Shown: positions 1-10,600 of the stretch, piece by piece | Position numbering within the stretch: position 1 is the stretch's first letter | Layout: each line of letters opens with the position of its first letter | NCBI GenBank assembly: GCA_964503525.1 | Contig: CAZCZY010000034.1 | Location: 1-54,544, forward strand | Source: an uncultured Candidatus Saccharibacteria bacterium | Lineage (GTDB): Bacteria > Patescibacteriota > JAUYIX01 | Direction of reading: 5' to 3' | Length of the DNA: 54,544 nt | The notes under the pieces: generated by a model | What the model was told of the DNA's origin: nothing | The model's database searches: none | Seen by the model: the letters and a program-made list of their open reading frames with translations, nothing else | Made by a program: the position numbers and the translations under genes

Positions 1-78
1 GTTCGGGCGCAAGCGGGAGGTGAAGCGCACGGCTGCCGTCGCGTAACGGGAGGCCAGAAGCCCCGTAGGCTTAAGCGC
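1..78 (+). rRNA. rrl: 23S rRNA, 3'-terminal fragment (gene starts upstream of the window)
   Basis: No ORF. GGGAGGTGAAGCGCACGGCTGCCGTCGCGTAAC ... CCGTAGGCTTAAGC lines up by eye with the conserved 3' end of bacterial 23S rRNA (E. coli GGGUGUGUAAGCGCAGCGAUGCGUUGAGCUAAC ... CCGUGAGGCUUAACC). A strong terminator follows directly. Exact 3' end uncertain. Confidence 0.55.
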
Positions 79-95
79 ACTTTTGAGGTGAATTT

Positions 96-127
96 AAAAA
101 GCCCCAAGTATCCACTTGGGGCTTTTT
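96..127. terminator. bidirectional rho-independent terminator
   Basis: AAAAA-GCCCCAAGT-atcc-ACTTGGGGC-TTTTT: perfect 9-bp GC-rich stem flanked by an A-run and a T-run. Confidence 0.8.
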
Positions 128-170
128 CTCGCCCTGAAAATTTTTTTCGGACAAAATAAGACAAAATGAA

Positions 171-200
171 AGGACCGCATCATGGTTATGATGCGGTCCT
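171..200 (-). terminator. hairpin terminator candidate for the minus-strand transcript
   Basis: 13-bp perfect stem AGGACCGCATCAT-ggtt-ATGATGCGGTCCT. On the minus strand it is followed by TTTCATTTTGTCTTATTTTG, and the bidirectional terminator at 96-127 lies just beyond. Confidence 0.45.
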
Positions 201-770
201 AGGTGCGACGCATTGCGTCGCGATGTGTGGAAGTCCCCCGTGGTGCATCCCGGGGGACTAAAGTGTGAGCCCCATCTCGGTTCCTACTTTCTTGGCTCAA
301 GACACTCGCTTGAGCGGAAAGGGGAGCGCGGTCCGTGCGCTCAGGTAGTGGTGGTCGCGTTGGCCAACGGTGCCTCGCAATTACCGCGCACTGTGCCATG
401 CCCGTGCCCGTTGTTTTTGGGCGGAGTGGTGCTAGCGCCTACTGACTTAAGTCGTGCGACGAACCGCCAGCAATTGTTCTGAACAACGCCCTGCGTCATC
501 TTCGTGACCAAGTTAACTCGGCCTAGTGATTACCACTCAAAGGGTGGCGCTCCAGCGGTTGGTGTTTTTGAGGCACCGAAGGCTTTTTGGGAGGGGTACT
601 AGTGGCTATGCCGTATTTTTTCGCCCTTCCTTGCGCGACTCCAAGTTTTTGAAACGAACGACCGACCGACACCGACTGCGACCGACGAGGGACCACCGCA
701 GCGACCGAAGATCTAGAGCAGGTTGCTCGCTTGACCGGATGCTTTCCGGGTGCAATCACCTCTAGTGGTT
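171..770 (-). ncRNA. candidate ~0.6 kb structured non-coding RNA of unknown class
   Basis: Bounded by a near-consensus minus-strand promoter (777-804) and a minus-strand hairpin plus U-rich tract (171-200). No credible ORF. Chain of perfect hairpins (plus coords 205-221, 232-259, 295-315, 324-342). No RNase P, tmRNA, 5S, SRP or 6S signature recognised by eye. Confidence 0.3.
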
Positions 771-776
771 CCGAGC

Positions 777-804
777 ACTTTAGCAGAAAATAAAAAATTG
801 TCAA
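777..804 (-). promoter_or_regulatory. sigma70-type promoter (minus strand)
   Basis: Minus strand reads TTGACA (799-804), 16-nt spacer, TAAAGT (777-782). No protein gene lies downstream on that strand. Confidence 0.5.
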
Positions 805-889
805 GACCCCCTGTACGGACAATTTAAAATACGGCCTAATTAATGCTTTAGAAGGCCAAAAAGCCATAAAATGACAAATAAAGGCGGGC

Positions 890-918
890 TTGACAGAGGC
901 CGTTTTTATTGCTACGGT
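890..918 (+). promoter_or_regulatory. candidate promoter of the 974-5005 operon
   Basis: TTGACA (890-895), 17-nt spacer, TACGGT (913-918). Perfect -35, weak -10. Divergent from the minus-strand promoter at 777-804. Confidence 0.4.
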
Positions 919-973
919 AGCGTCCTTATGGCCTCGTCAGAGGTCTGTTCTTTCCAACACAGGAGGCAAATCC

Positions 974-1375
974 ATGTACTCGCGTTTCAGCAATCTTTGG
1001 CTGCCCGCCGCAATGCTTGTCGCAGTGATCGTAATTGCGATGAGGCCCACTCGGTTCGAGCAGGTACCCGATGGGACATACAAGATCAAGGCCAGTGCCC
1101 TGACCTACAACGGGCGGCGAGCAATGGCCGGTCAGACCCAGCCGGAGTTCTGCTTCATCAGCTTCCGATTGCCGGATGGTGTCCTGTCGCCGAGTCTCGC
1201 ACCCTACAGAATTCTGGTGAGTGCTTTTCCGGGGGATCCTCAAGTGCGTGTCTACCACGATACGTCAGGCACCAAGCACGTCGAGCTTGTTGTTCCGCCC
1301 AGCATCATGTGGGCAAGCGAGATTCCCGAGCATCAACGCCTTGGTGGCAACCTGACATTGGAGGTGCGTCAATGA
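974..1375 (+). CDS. hypothetical membrane-anchored protein (133 aa)
   Basis: AGGAGG (961-966) 7 nt upstream of ATG 974. N-terminal hydrophobic anchor LWLPAAMLVAVIVIAM. Stop TGA overlaps the next start (ATGA at 1372-1375). ORF-track frame 890..1375 trimmed to the SD-supported start. Confidence 0.6.
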   Translation: MYSRFSNLWLPAAMLVAVIVIAMRPTRFEQVPDGTYKIKASALTYNGRRAMAGQTQPEFCFISFRLPDGVLSPSLAPYRILVSAFPGDPQVRVYHDTSGTKHVELVVPPSIMWASEIPEHQRLGGNLTLEVRQ

Positions 1376-1593
1376 GCCTGGTCAACATTCTCATAGTTCT
1401 CTTTGTACCGGGACTTATTGCAACGCTGTTTGGAGCAGTGGGATTGCTCATCTATCTGGACGAAAATGTCCATGGTGGAATCAGTCGCGTGATCCTCAAC
1501 GGGATCCTCGAGTTCCTCGAACTGTTTCCCGATTATACGGCCAGCGAATCTTCGCCGGCCGTTTTTGTTTACGCGCAGTTCCAGGTGGTATGA
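1372..1593 (+). CDS. hypothetical small membrane protein (73 aa)
   Basis: ATGA start/stop overlap with the upstream gene. Hydrophobic N-terminus ILIVLFVPGLIATLFGAVGLLIYL. Inner start of ORF 871..1593. Confidence 0.5.
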   Translation: MSLVNILIVLFVPGLIATLFGAVGLLIYLDENVHGGISRVILNGILEFLELFPDYTASESSPAVFVYAQFQVV

Positions 1594-1600
1594 TGCCGCT

Positions 1601-2983
1601 ATGGAAATACGACGCTCACCGGAAGTCGCTCGGCCCACAGCTGAGAAAAAAAAGCCCAGCCTTACGGTTTGGATTTGGGTAGCTATTGCGATTCTTGTAG
1701 TAGCCGGCATTGTAGTGCTGGCTCTTTTTGCGTTTGGTGTTTTTGGCACAAAAACCAATAAAACAACGGACTCTTTATCGAACTCAGGCTCGCAAACATC
1801 TAATGACACGAGTGAGGTCGCCACGGGTATCACGGTTGAGCCAACCCCCGACGCGGATGAGTTGACGCGCCTTACATATGGCCGTCAGTTTGATTTACGA
1901 AAAGATGAAGATGCAGAAAAACCATTTCGATTTAGTGTGAATGCGGTAGACACAAAAGTTTCAGCAACAAAAGATTTAGATCAAGGCACCCTTTTTGACT
2001 TGAGCGGTACCTCAAAAGACATCCCGCTTACGGCGTGGGCGGCACCCAACGGAAAATTAATCGCGGTACTACAGGATCGCAATTACGAAAAAAAACAGGG
2101 CGAAGATGGTGAGCAGACGCTGTACGTCACCAGCGTCGATGGACGCGCACGACATAACATCGCAGAGGGCACGCTTAATATATTTGGCTCGCCGGTTTGG
2201 TCAGAGGACTCCAAGTTTTTATTTTACTCCGAGTTTTTCACGGATGGAGATGGCACCGATTTTAAAATTACCAATAAGCTGCACGTTTTTGACGTTGCTA
2301 ACGGAAAGCTCAATAGTTTTGAGCGGCCGCAAGAGGATTCGGACGGCACTGGCCTGCTACCCAAAGCAGTGCGCGGTGAGGACCTTTTTGTTGTACGCGT
2401 TAACCCTGGCATCGAAGATCCGGGGGAGCTTGGCGTGATCAGTCTTGGCGCCAACGCAGCAGCCGATGGCGACTTTGAAAAACTTATGGATTTCTCGATT
2501 GCTGGGCGAGGGTTTGCAATTTCTCACGATGGAAAATCGGTTGTTGTGGCACGGGGGACTGGAGAAAGTTTGGGATCAGAGGCGGAAGGTCCATTTTTGA
2601 TCGAACTGTTTGATCGCGCCACGGGCGAGTTGACTGAGTTACGGAAAAGTCCGACTGAGCGCTACACGGCGCCACTATTTAGCAAAGATGATGAGAGCAT
2701 TGTATATGGTGCCATCTCTGGTTTGTGGCGCCTGGATATTGGCACCAAAAAACGAACCAATATATTATCGAGCGACGAGGCAGATAAAATTGGTAAGAGC
2801 GCGGAGGTGACGCCGGTGAGTGTTCGCCCCGATGATGGCTTACTTTTGTTTACCGTAGACTCGGCGGGATCAGTTGAATTTATGCTCGTAGATTTCGATG
2901 CTGATGAAGCAAAGGTCGCTGACTTACTTGATTTGGAATTGAAAGACGACGAACCTGACAATTTTTACGGCTGGATACAATAA
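1601..2983 (+). CDS. membrane-anchored TolB/PD40-like beta-propeller protein
   Basis: ATG 1601 lies 8 nt after the upstream stop. N-terminal TM VWIWVAIAILVVAGIVVLALFAFGVFG. Recurrent propeller-blade motifs WSEDSKFLFYSE, SHDGKSVVVARG, FSKDDESIVYGA, RPDDGLLLFTV. Confidence 0.7.
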   Translation: MEIRRSPEVARPTAEKKKPSLTVWIWVAIAILVVAGIVVLALFAFGVFGTKTNKTTDSLSNSGSQTSNDTSEVATGITVEPTPDADELTRLTYGRQFDLRKDEDAEKPFRFSVNAVDTKVSATKDLDQGTLFDLSGTSKDIPLTAWAAPNGKLIAVLQDRNYEKKQGEDGEQTLYVTSVDGRARHNIAEGTLNIFGSPVWSEDSKFLFYSEFFTDGDGTDFKITNKLHVFDVANGKLNSFERPQEDSDGTGLLPKAVRGEDLFVVRVNPGIEDPGELGVISLGANAAADGDFEKLMDFSIAGRGFAISHDGKSVVVARGTGESLGSEAEGPFLIELFDRATGELTELRKSPTERYTAPLFSKDDESIVYGAISGLWRLDIGTKKRTNILSSDEADKIGKSAEVTPVSVRPDDGLLLFTVDSAGSVEFMLVDFDADEAKVADLLDLELKDDEPDNFYGWIQ

Positions 2984-3675
2984 TGGCTCGCAACGCAATT
3001 TCAGCTCTGGCACTTGTCGGGACATTACAAACAGGTACGGGCCTCACCAATACCGTTGAGCTTACCAACGTGGTGCTGGGCTATCTAGGGAAGTTGGGCG
3101 TAAGCACGGAGATGGTTCGCCTCGCAAATTTGAATTTACCCGCAGGCATAGATGAGACAATTGACGGCACCGGCAAAAACGACGACTGGCCGGCACTCGC
3201 AAAAAAAATTCGTGCGGCGGACATCGTAATCTTTGCAACGCCAATTTGGTGGGGCGAACATTCTAGTTTAATTCAGCGTGTGCTTGAGCGTATGACTCAC
3301 TTTGATGAGAGCTACATTGCTACCAACAAATCGGATTTGTATCACAAAGTCGCCGGCGTTGTGATTACCGGCCACGAAGACGGTGCGCAACACATCATGG
3401 GCAGTTTATTTAGCACGCTGCAGTGGTTTGGATTTGTCATTCCACCGGAAAGTTTTGCCTACTGGATTGGTGAAGTCGGCGGCTCGATGATCGAGGATCC
3501 AGACAAACGCCGCGCTAATGTAAGTACCGACCGGATGGCTCGTGTTATGGCGCGCAATCTTGCAAATTACGCGACGCTGATCACAACACATCGCGACGAA
3601 CTAGAAAAATTTGCAGAAACTCATCCCGCGCGCGTTGGTTCGCGTGGGGGAACCTACGTTACGCCTTCCGATTGA
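2983..3675 (+). CDS. flavodoxin-like fold NAD(P)H-dependent FMN reductase family protein
   Basis: ADIVIFATPIWWGEHSSLIQRVLERM and VAGVVITGHEDG are typical of the FMN_red/flavodoxin-like family. ATG overlaps the upstream TAA by 1 nt. Confidence 0.8.
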   Translation: MARNAISALALVGTLQTGTGLTNTVELTNVVLGYLGKLGVSTEMVRLANLNLPAGIDETIDGTGKNDDWPALAKKIRAADIVIFATPIWWGEHSSLIQRVLERMTHFDESYIATNKSDLYHKVAGVVITGHEDGAQHIMGSLFSTLQWFGFVIPPESFAYWIGEVGGSMIEDPDKRRANVSTDRMARVMARNLANYATLITTHRDELEKFAETHPARVGSRGGTYVTPSD

Positions 3676-3799
3676 CAGTCCGGCCCAGTTTGATACGGTG
3701 CCCAACTTCTGATTTTTCTGGCTACGCCGTTTGCAGAAGGACGGACTGTTCGTCCCTTACAAACTTTTTGCGAAAATACACAGTCGAGAGGAGCGTGAC

Positions 3800-5005
3800 A
3801 TGAGTAAACAACTACCGCGGGTAAAGATAGAAGAGGCTGTCGCCGAGATTCCAACAGCGGATCTCATTCCAGATGACTATCACGCGCGGCCCGATAGGCA
3901 TGTGGTCGTGCCAGCCAAGGCTCAGGCTGCAATGGCCCCAGCAGTCGACATCGAACCAGCTGGTGGCATGGAACTGGCAGGCGGTGGCGGAACCCTGGTG
4001 CCAAGTCCGGACGGTGACCAGTCCAGCCTGGCCGGTGAACTGCCGTTGAATCTTGACGCACCAGCGCAGCGGTCCCAGCCGGTGCCGCATCGTACTTCAA
4101 GCCCACGGGCAATCCCAGCAATTCCGCCAAGCAAGACTAATTACTGGGAATTCTTTTGGCAGACGATCCTTCCAGTTTGCGGGCTCTTGATGATCTTTGC
4201 TCCACTGTTGGGCATGATTATCACGGGCGTCGTAACGGGCAACACTACTCAGGCCTGGGCTCCCACGGTTGGCATAGTCGTGATCGCCATTGCATGGGGT
4301 TTGTGGGATAGCATCGGTGCCGGACTTTTGGTTCGAGCATGTAGCTGGCTTGTCGTCCTCGGATTGGCGGCTGGCCTAATGCACCGCAACTATCTAGTGT
4401 TGTGGGTTGCTGGCATCTCGATCGTCGGCTGGGCGACTTCCAAGTGGGCAATCGGGGCTGATGAAGACGATAAGAAATCGTCGCGCCGACTGGCACTCAA
4501 GGCGGCGTTTCTTGCACCGGCGGCAGTTCTCATTGCCGCATCGTCGATGTATTTCTCGCCGCTCGGAACTGGGCGCGGCTGGATCATCAATGACGAGACG
4601 GTGGTGATGTCGCAGGGGCATGCCTTCGCGATCCCATTTGTTGCCAAGATCCGGTCGGTCGCAAAGTGGTATGACATTTCTGTGGCCATTGACCAGCTCA
4701 CGAGTGATAAAGTACGAATCACCGGCACTGCTGTGGTCGACGGCGCATGGTTGACCTCTGATAAGGTTGCACTCATGGCCGTCGTCAATCAGCATGCACG
4801 CGCAGATGTTTTCATCAACGAACACCTGACCGATTTTGTTCGGGCACACGTTGAAGAAGAAATCGCAAAAACCCTCGCTGCTGACTTTCGGGGGGTCACC
4901 GCTTTGAACGTACCAGTCGAGGAACGATCGGCCATCAACAAGGATTTGGCGCTCACTTGGAACGGTCGGATCGAACTGGCCGACATCCAGGCCAATTTCA
5001 AATAA
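3800..5005 (+). CDS. hypothetical polytopic membrane protein with Pro/Ala-rich N-terminus
   Basis: GAGGAG upstream of ATG 3800 (inner start of ORF 3731..5005). Low-complexity P/A-rich first ~130 aa, then 4-5 hydrophobic helices, then a ~130-aa soluble C-terminal domain of unknown family. Confidence 0.7.
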   Translation: MSKQLPRVKIEEAVAEIPTADLIPDDYHARPDRHVVVPAKAQAAMAPAVDIEPAGGMELAGGGGTLVPSPDGDQSSLAGELPLNLDAPAQRSQPVPHRTSSPRAIPAIPPSKTNYWEFFWQTILPVCGLLMIFAPLLGMIITGVVTGNTTQAWAPTVGIVVIAIAWGLWDSIGAGLLVRACSWLVVLGLAAGLMHRNYLVLWVAGISIVGWATSKWAIGADEDDKKSSRRLALKAAFLAPAAVLIAASSMYFSPLGTGRGWIINDETVVMSQGHAFAIPFVAKIRSVAKWYDISVAIDQLTSDKVRITGTAVVDGAWLTSDKVALMAVVNQHARADVFINEHLTDFVRAHVEEEIAKTLAADFRGVTALNVPVEERSAINKDLALTWNGRIELADIQANFK

Positions 5006-5061
5006 GTGCAGTCGCACCACTGCAAGACTGTGTCTCGGTCGCGACTCGTTCTGCATCACAG

Positions 5062-5090
5062 GGCTCTCCAAAATTGGGGAGCCTTTTTTT
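5062..5090 (+). terminator. rho-independent terminator
   Basis: GGCTCTCC-aaaatt-GGGGAGCC followed by TTTTTTT. Confidence 0.75.
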
Positions 5091-5131
5091 CTACTCGCCG
5101 GCTTCACTCGCAAGCCGCGTCCGCTGACGAC

Positions 5132-5158
5132 TTGTCACTCGAGGGGGGAGAGTGCTAA
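5132..5158. promoter_or_regulatory. CIRCE operator (HrcA binding site)
   Basis: TTGTCACTC-N9-GAGTGCTAA versus consensus TTAGCACTC-N9-GAGTGCTAA (16/18). The left arm TTGTCA and TAACGT (5156-5161) could double as -35/-10 elements. Confidence 0.8.
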
Positions 5159-5454
5159 CGTGGCGACGTTGTTCTTTTGGGTTTATTGACGCTGGCGTTG
5201 CGGCCTTTTGGTTCCCCTCGGGGGCAAACCGCGAGAAACCAAAAGCCTGACATGGCTATGAGTGTCCGGGCATCGGCGATGCATGGATACGACACGCAAC
5301 CACGTTAAAACCTACATTTCGACAGGGCGAACAGGGACTTCCCGCCCGTGTGATTTTTTGTTTGCTTGAGTACATCGTTTTGTACGAACGCAATAAATAA
5401 GGCACGGCGAAGTTTTCTGTTCGTGACAAATTTATTTACTAACCATACAAACAT

Positions 5455-5754
5455 ATGGCACAAAGTTTGCGACCGCTCGGTGACAAGGTTGTCATCAAAG
5501 CGCAGAAGCAGGAAGAAAAAACTAAGTCGGGCATCGTCTTGCCAGCCACTGCAGAAAAAGAAAAGCCGGAGCAGGGCGAAGTCATCGCCGTGGGCCCGGG
5601 CAAGATGAGCGACGACGGCAAGATTATGCCGATGTCTTTAAAAGTTGGTGACACGGTGTTGTTCCAAAAGTATGGTCCGACCGAAATAAAAATCGACGAT
5701 GTGGAGTATTTGGTGGTATCCGAAAACGACGTACTCGCTGTTGTCGAGAAATAA
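5455..5754 (+). CDS. groES: co-chaperonin GroES
   Basis: 99 aa. LRPLGDKVVIK...KSGIVLP...GEVIAVGPG...GDTVLFQKY matches Cpn10 throughout. Confidence 0.97.
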   Translation: MAQSLRPLGDKVVIKAQKQEEKTKSGIVLPATAEKEKPEQGEVIAVGPGKMSDDGKIMPMSLKVGDTVLFQKYGPTEIKIDDVEYLVVSENDVLAVVEK

Positions 5755-5800
5755 TTTTTTGCGGATTTACAAAGTTATATTGCGGATTTACGAAAAATAA

Positions 5801-7459
<1,659 letters not shown>

Positions 7460-7500
7460 ACGTGCAAGAGGGACGACAACGAAAAATGGTCGTAGCAAGA

Positions 7501-7521
7501 AGGGCACACGCTGCCCTTTTT
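7501..7521 (+). terminator. rho-independent terminator after groEL
   Basis: AGGGCA-cacgc-TGCCCT followed by TTTTT. Confidence 0.7.
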
Positions 7522-7536
7522 GTTCGCCCAAAAAAC

Positions 7537-7565
7537 TTGACAAACGTGTTAAAATGCTGTAGAAT
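7537..7565 (+). promoter_or_regulatory. near-consensus sigma70 promoter for the giant surface-protein genes
   Basis: TTGACA (7537-7542), 17-nt spacer, TAGAAT (7560-7565). AAGGAG SD at 7613-7618 precedes ATG 7632. Confidence 0.75.
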
Positions 7566-7631
7566 GCTCTTGTAACGCTGTTTAAGGCGTTTGGAACACA
7601 GACCCAAAAATAAAAGGAGTGCAGCGTCGTC

Positions 7632-10600
7632 ATGGCCAAAAAAACTTCCCAAAACAAACAACGCGTCTTTTTGTGGTTCGGGCTAATTGCCTTGGGCTTG
7701 GGGCTTCTTGTTTTGACAGTGTTCGCTGTAACCGGTGGAACACGCGAACAAAGCAGCGCGCAAACAACCTTTACGTTTACCGAGGATTTTTCTACGACAA
7801 CGTATCAGGATCTTTCAACCACGGCAGATTGGGATACGAGTGACGGCGAGGCCTCACTCTTTCATGGCGAGTGGACAAATATTCAGGACCACTCGATTCC
7901 CGGGCAAAAAGCGCTACCGCCCAACACCTACGCTCAGAATCCTGGAACTGTGACAGTAAATGTAGAAATTGGACCCGACAATCAGCCGCACCTTTTTATA
8001 GTATCCATTGAGTTTCCCAATTCCACGTACTGGTATACGCATTGGGACCCAGATTTTTATGGGCCCAATCAAGGTGCGTGGCTCAAGGGTGATAATACAC
8101 CTGGTGCAGACCACCTTGCTCCGGGATTTCTTAGTGTACAGGCGTCAGGTGCACACCGTTCGTGGTTAATGTTCGATAGTAATAATTTACCAGTTGTAGC
8201 CTTTTGGGATCGCCCGATAATGTTTGGAAATCCTGTGCGGCCATATGCTATGCGCTACTGCTCAAGTACAACACCACTGCCGACGGCAACAATCTTTGAT
8301 CAATTTGGCAACATGGATTGCACTGCAGCAGTGCCGCACGATGCATCAACAAATCCTAGTACGACGTGTCTCACCGATGCAGCAATGGACAGTCAAGATA
8401 GTCTGCATTTTTTGACTGCCTACTGTGGTTCCGCACCTCTAGTAGCTGCAACGGATGAATATACTCGCTGGGATCCGGTAACCAATGCCTGGGTAAAGCT
8501 GGCCGTGCCTAGTGTTCCTGGTGCGGATATTATCGTGTCAGCAGATCAGACTATTTCTGAGGTATTAATTGCCGCATTTCTCGCAGTTGATAGTAATGAC
8601 GTTGTACATATCGGGTATAGAAATGCAGCAACAACTGCTGCACCAAAAGAATTTCGAGGCATCAAAGGAGATCCGTACGGTGCCGGTATTTTTACTGCGC
8701 TAGATGGCACACCAGGCTACACAATAGTAAAATCATGGCCCTCGGGCAGCGTCAATTCTATTTCAATGGCACAGAATCCAGTGACGGATCTGCCGCACTT
8801 TAGCTGGACAGTCACCGGATCTTTTTTCGATACCAACTTTGAACAGACCGCTTGGGATGGACTTCAATTTGTAAAAATAGATGGCACTCCTGGTATGGAT
8901 GCATTTAGCCTCGATGGGATTTTAGTTGCCGCGGGCGGCACCTCGTCCTGGGTTTTTGACCCTAGTAGACCTCGGGGGGAGCCCTCAATAATATTTAGGA
9001 CAGCCTCTGGCCCTCTTCTGACGTATTTTGGTCGTTGGGATGGTACAAGTTTTTCCTCGCATGAGGACAAGGCGCTGCCCGAACCAATGCCTGTCGTCGG
9101 TAGCGGCGGTGGTTTTTCGCCCTTTTTCTCCCTGGCCATCGATAGTGAGGGGATTGCATATGCCGCACGAGGTAAGGCGGGAAGCGATCCAGAGATAGGC
9201 ATCGTCCGATGGACAGAGGAATTTGCAGATGTCACAAGGGATGTTCTTGCATCAACTGCAGTCGACGCCATTGCTGATCCAATATTGACCGCGACACTTA
9301 CCGTTACCGGTGAGAGCCGGGGACGCGCTGGTACTGACGGCCTGGCAGTACCCGTACCCTTAAATCAAGAAGGTCGTAATCAATTTGTGGACGTTGATTG
9401 TTTTATGGCCAACAATGGCACAGATTATTTTCCGATAACTATTGGTCAGGAATTTACTTTCCCGACGGTTGGTTCGCGTCTGCAATGGAAATGCGAAATG
9501 GACTCGGCAACGTTACTGGATCGACCCGTGCTCGATACTTTGAGTATTGCGTACCAAATCGCGCCAAAAGTTCCCAATCTATCACTCTCAAAAGTGCTCG
9601 ACACCGATGGAGACGGTGTATTTAGCGATGACGGCCAGGGAGTTAAACCAGGACAAGTACTATCGTATCAGTTACAAGTTGCAAATAGCGGTGAAGAAGC
9701 GGCTAACAATGTTGTGCTAACTGATGAGATGCCAGTCGGCACGACGTATATCCCGGGTACAACCAAAATCAATGGTGCGCCGGTAGCAGATGTCAACGGA
9801 CAAAGCCCACTGGTATCGGGGCTACCGCTTGGAGATATCTTAGGCGGAACCCTTACCCAAACGGATTGGAGTGGGGGACCAGGCCAGACACTATTTACGG
9901 ATAGCATCAAATTTGAACAATCCAGTGGCGTCAACTTCAAAGTACCGGAAATTCTGCGCATTCCAACTGAGCCGTTGTGGGTCGACGAAGCATTTGCATT
10001 TCCGAACTCTTCGACCGTAACTAGTTCTGGGAACGTGCGTGGTGGGTTAGATTCTGTTGTAGCCCTGGCCGATGGGCGAGTCTTCACGGTCTGGACTCTT
10101 ATAAGCGGTGAGATTCGTGGACGCTTCTTGGATGCCAATGGTAACGCATTGACCGGCGAAATATTGTTGAGTAGTGCTGCGCCTCCAATTGCTAATTTGA
10201 GACCGGCGGCGCGCCAATTACCCAATGGCGAAATAGTTGTTGTCTGGCAAACAGGTTCGTTCGGTACGCCGCAAAAAATAGTGATGCGACGTATCGACCT
10301 AAATGGGGCCTTGCTTACTGGTGAAGTAGTATTGGCAAGTGAACCGTTTGTATTTTTTCCGGCAGGATTTATCGGCTTGGACACGCAGGCTACTTTTGGT
10401 CTTGCCGGAACATCAAAAAGTCCACTCGCAGTAGATGCCGCCGGTGATATCTACGTGAGTTTTATGCGCTCGGATGCGACGGCTGGCTGCCGTGGAGCAT
10501 TTGTGGCCAAGTTTGATAGTGCAGGAAATCCTTTATGGCCTGGTGTACCACATCCGGAAGTGCAAGTCGACGCTGGTGGTTGTACCGTCTCTCGCGCGCC

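Noticed and set aside
199-867. Track ORFs 199..399(-), 213..482(+), 523..867(-), 526..765(+) in the region after the 23S end
   Set aside because: They overlap one another on both strands and have Arg/Ser/Pro-rich, unprotein-like translations. None has an RBS, and the 523..867 ORF starts upstream of the only promoter on that strand. They are better explained as chance ORFs in GC-rich structured non-coding DNA.
130-870. Attempt to place 5S rRNA, RNase P RNA or tmRNA in this region
   Set aside because: I noted partial look-alikes: AGTAGG on the minus strand near 284-289, GGAAGTCCCCC at 229-239, and GGTAGTGGTGG near 343-353. The spacing and the remaining universally conserved blocks (CCGAAC, GAGGAAAGUCC plus GGCUUA, tRNA-like T-arm/ACCA end) are absent, so no known family is called.
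4394-5113. 239-aa minus-strand ORF antisense to the 3800..5005 gene, together with similar antisense ORFs 9668..10384, 16410..17279, 11690..12187 and 30962..31330
   Set aside because: These are shadow ORFs fully embedded antisense in long, motif-supported genes. They have no RBS and biased (Ser/Arg/Pro-rich) compositions.
5423-5457. Leaderless groES from GTGACA-17-TACAAA
   Set aside because: The predicted transcription start would fall at or after the ATG (5455), so the geometry does not work. The groES promoter remains unresolved, and the CIRCE-overlapping promoter is more plausible.
5366-5608. 80-aa plus-strand ORF overlapping the groES start
   Set aside because: It is out of frame with the clearly homologous GroES reading frame and has a Ser/Arg/Lys-rich, low-complexity translation.
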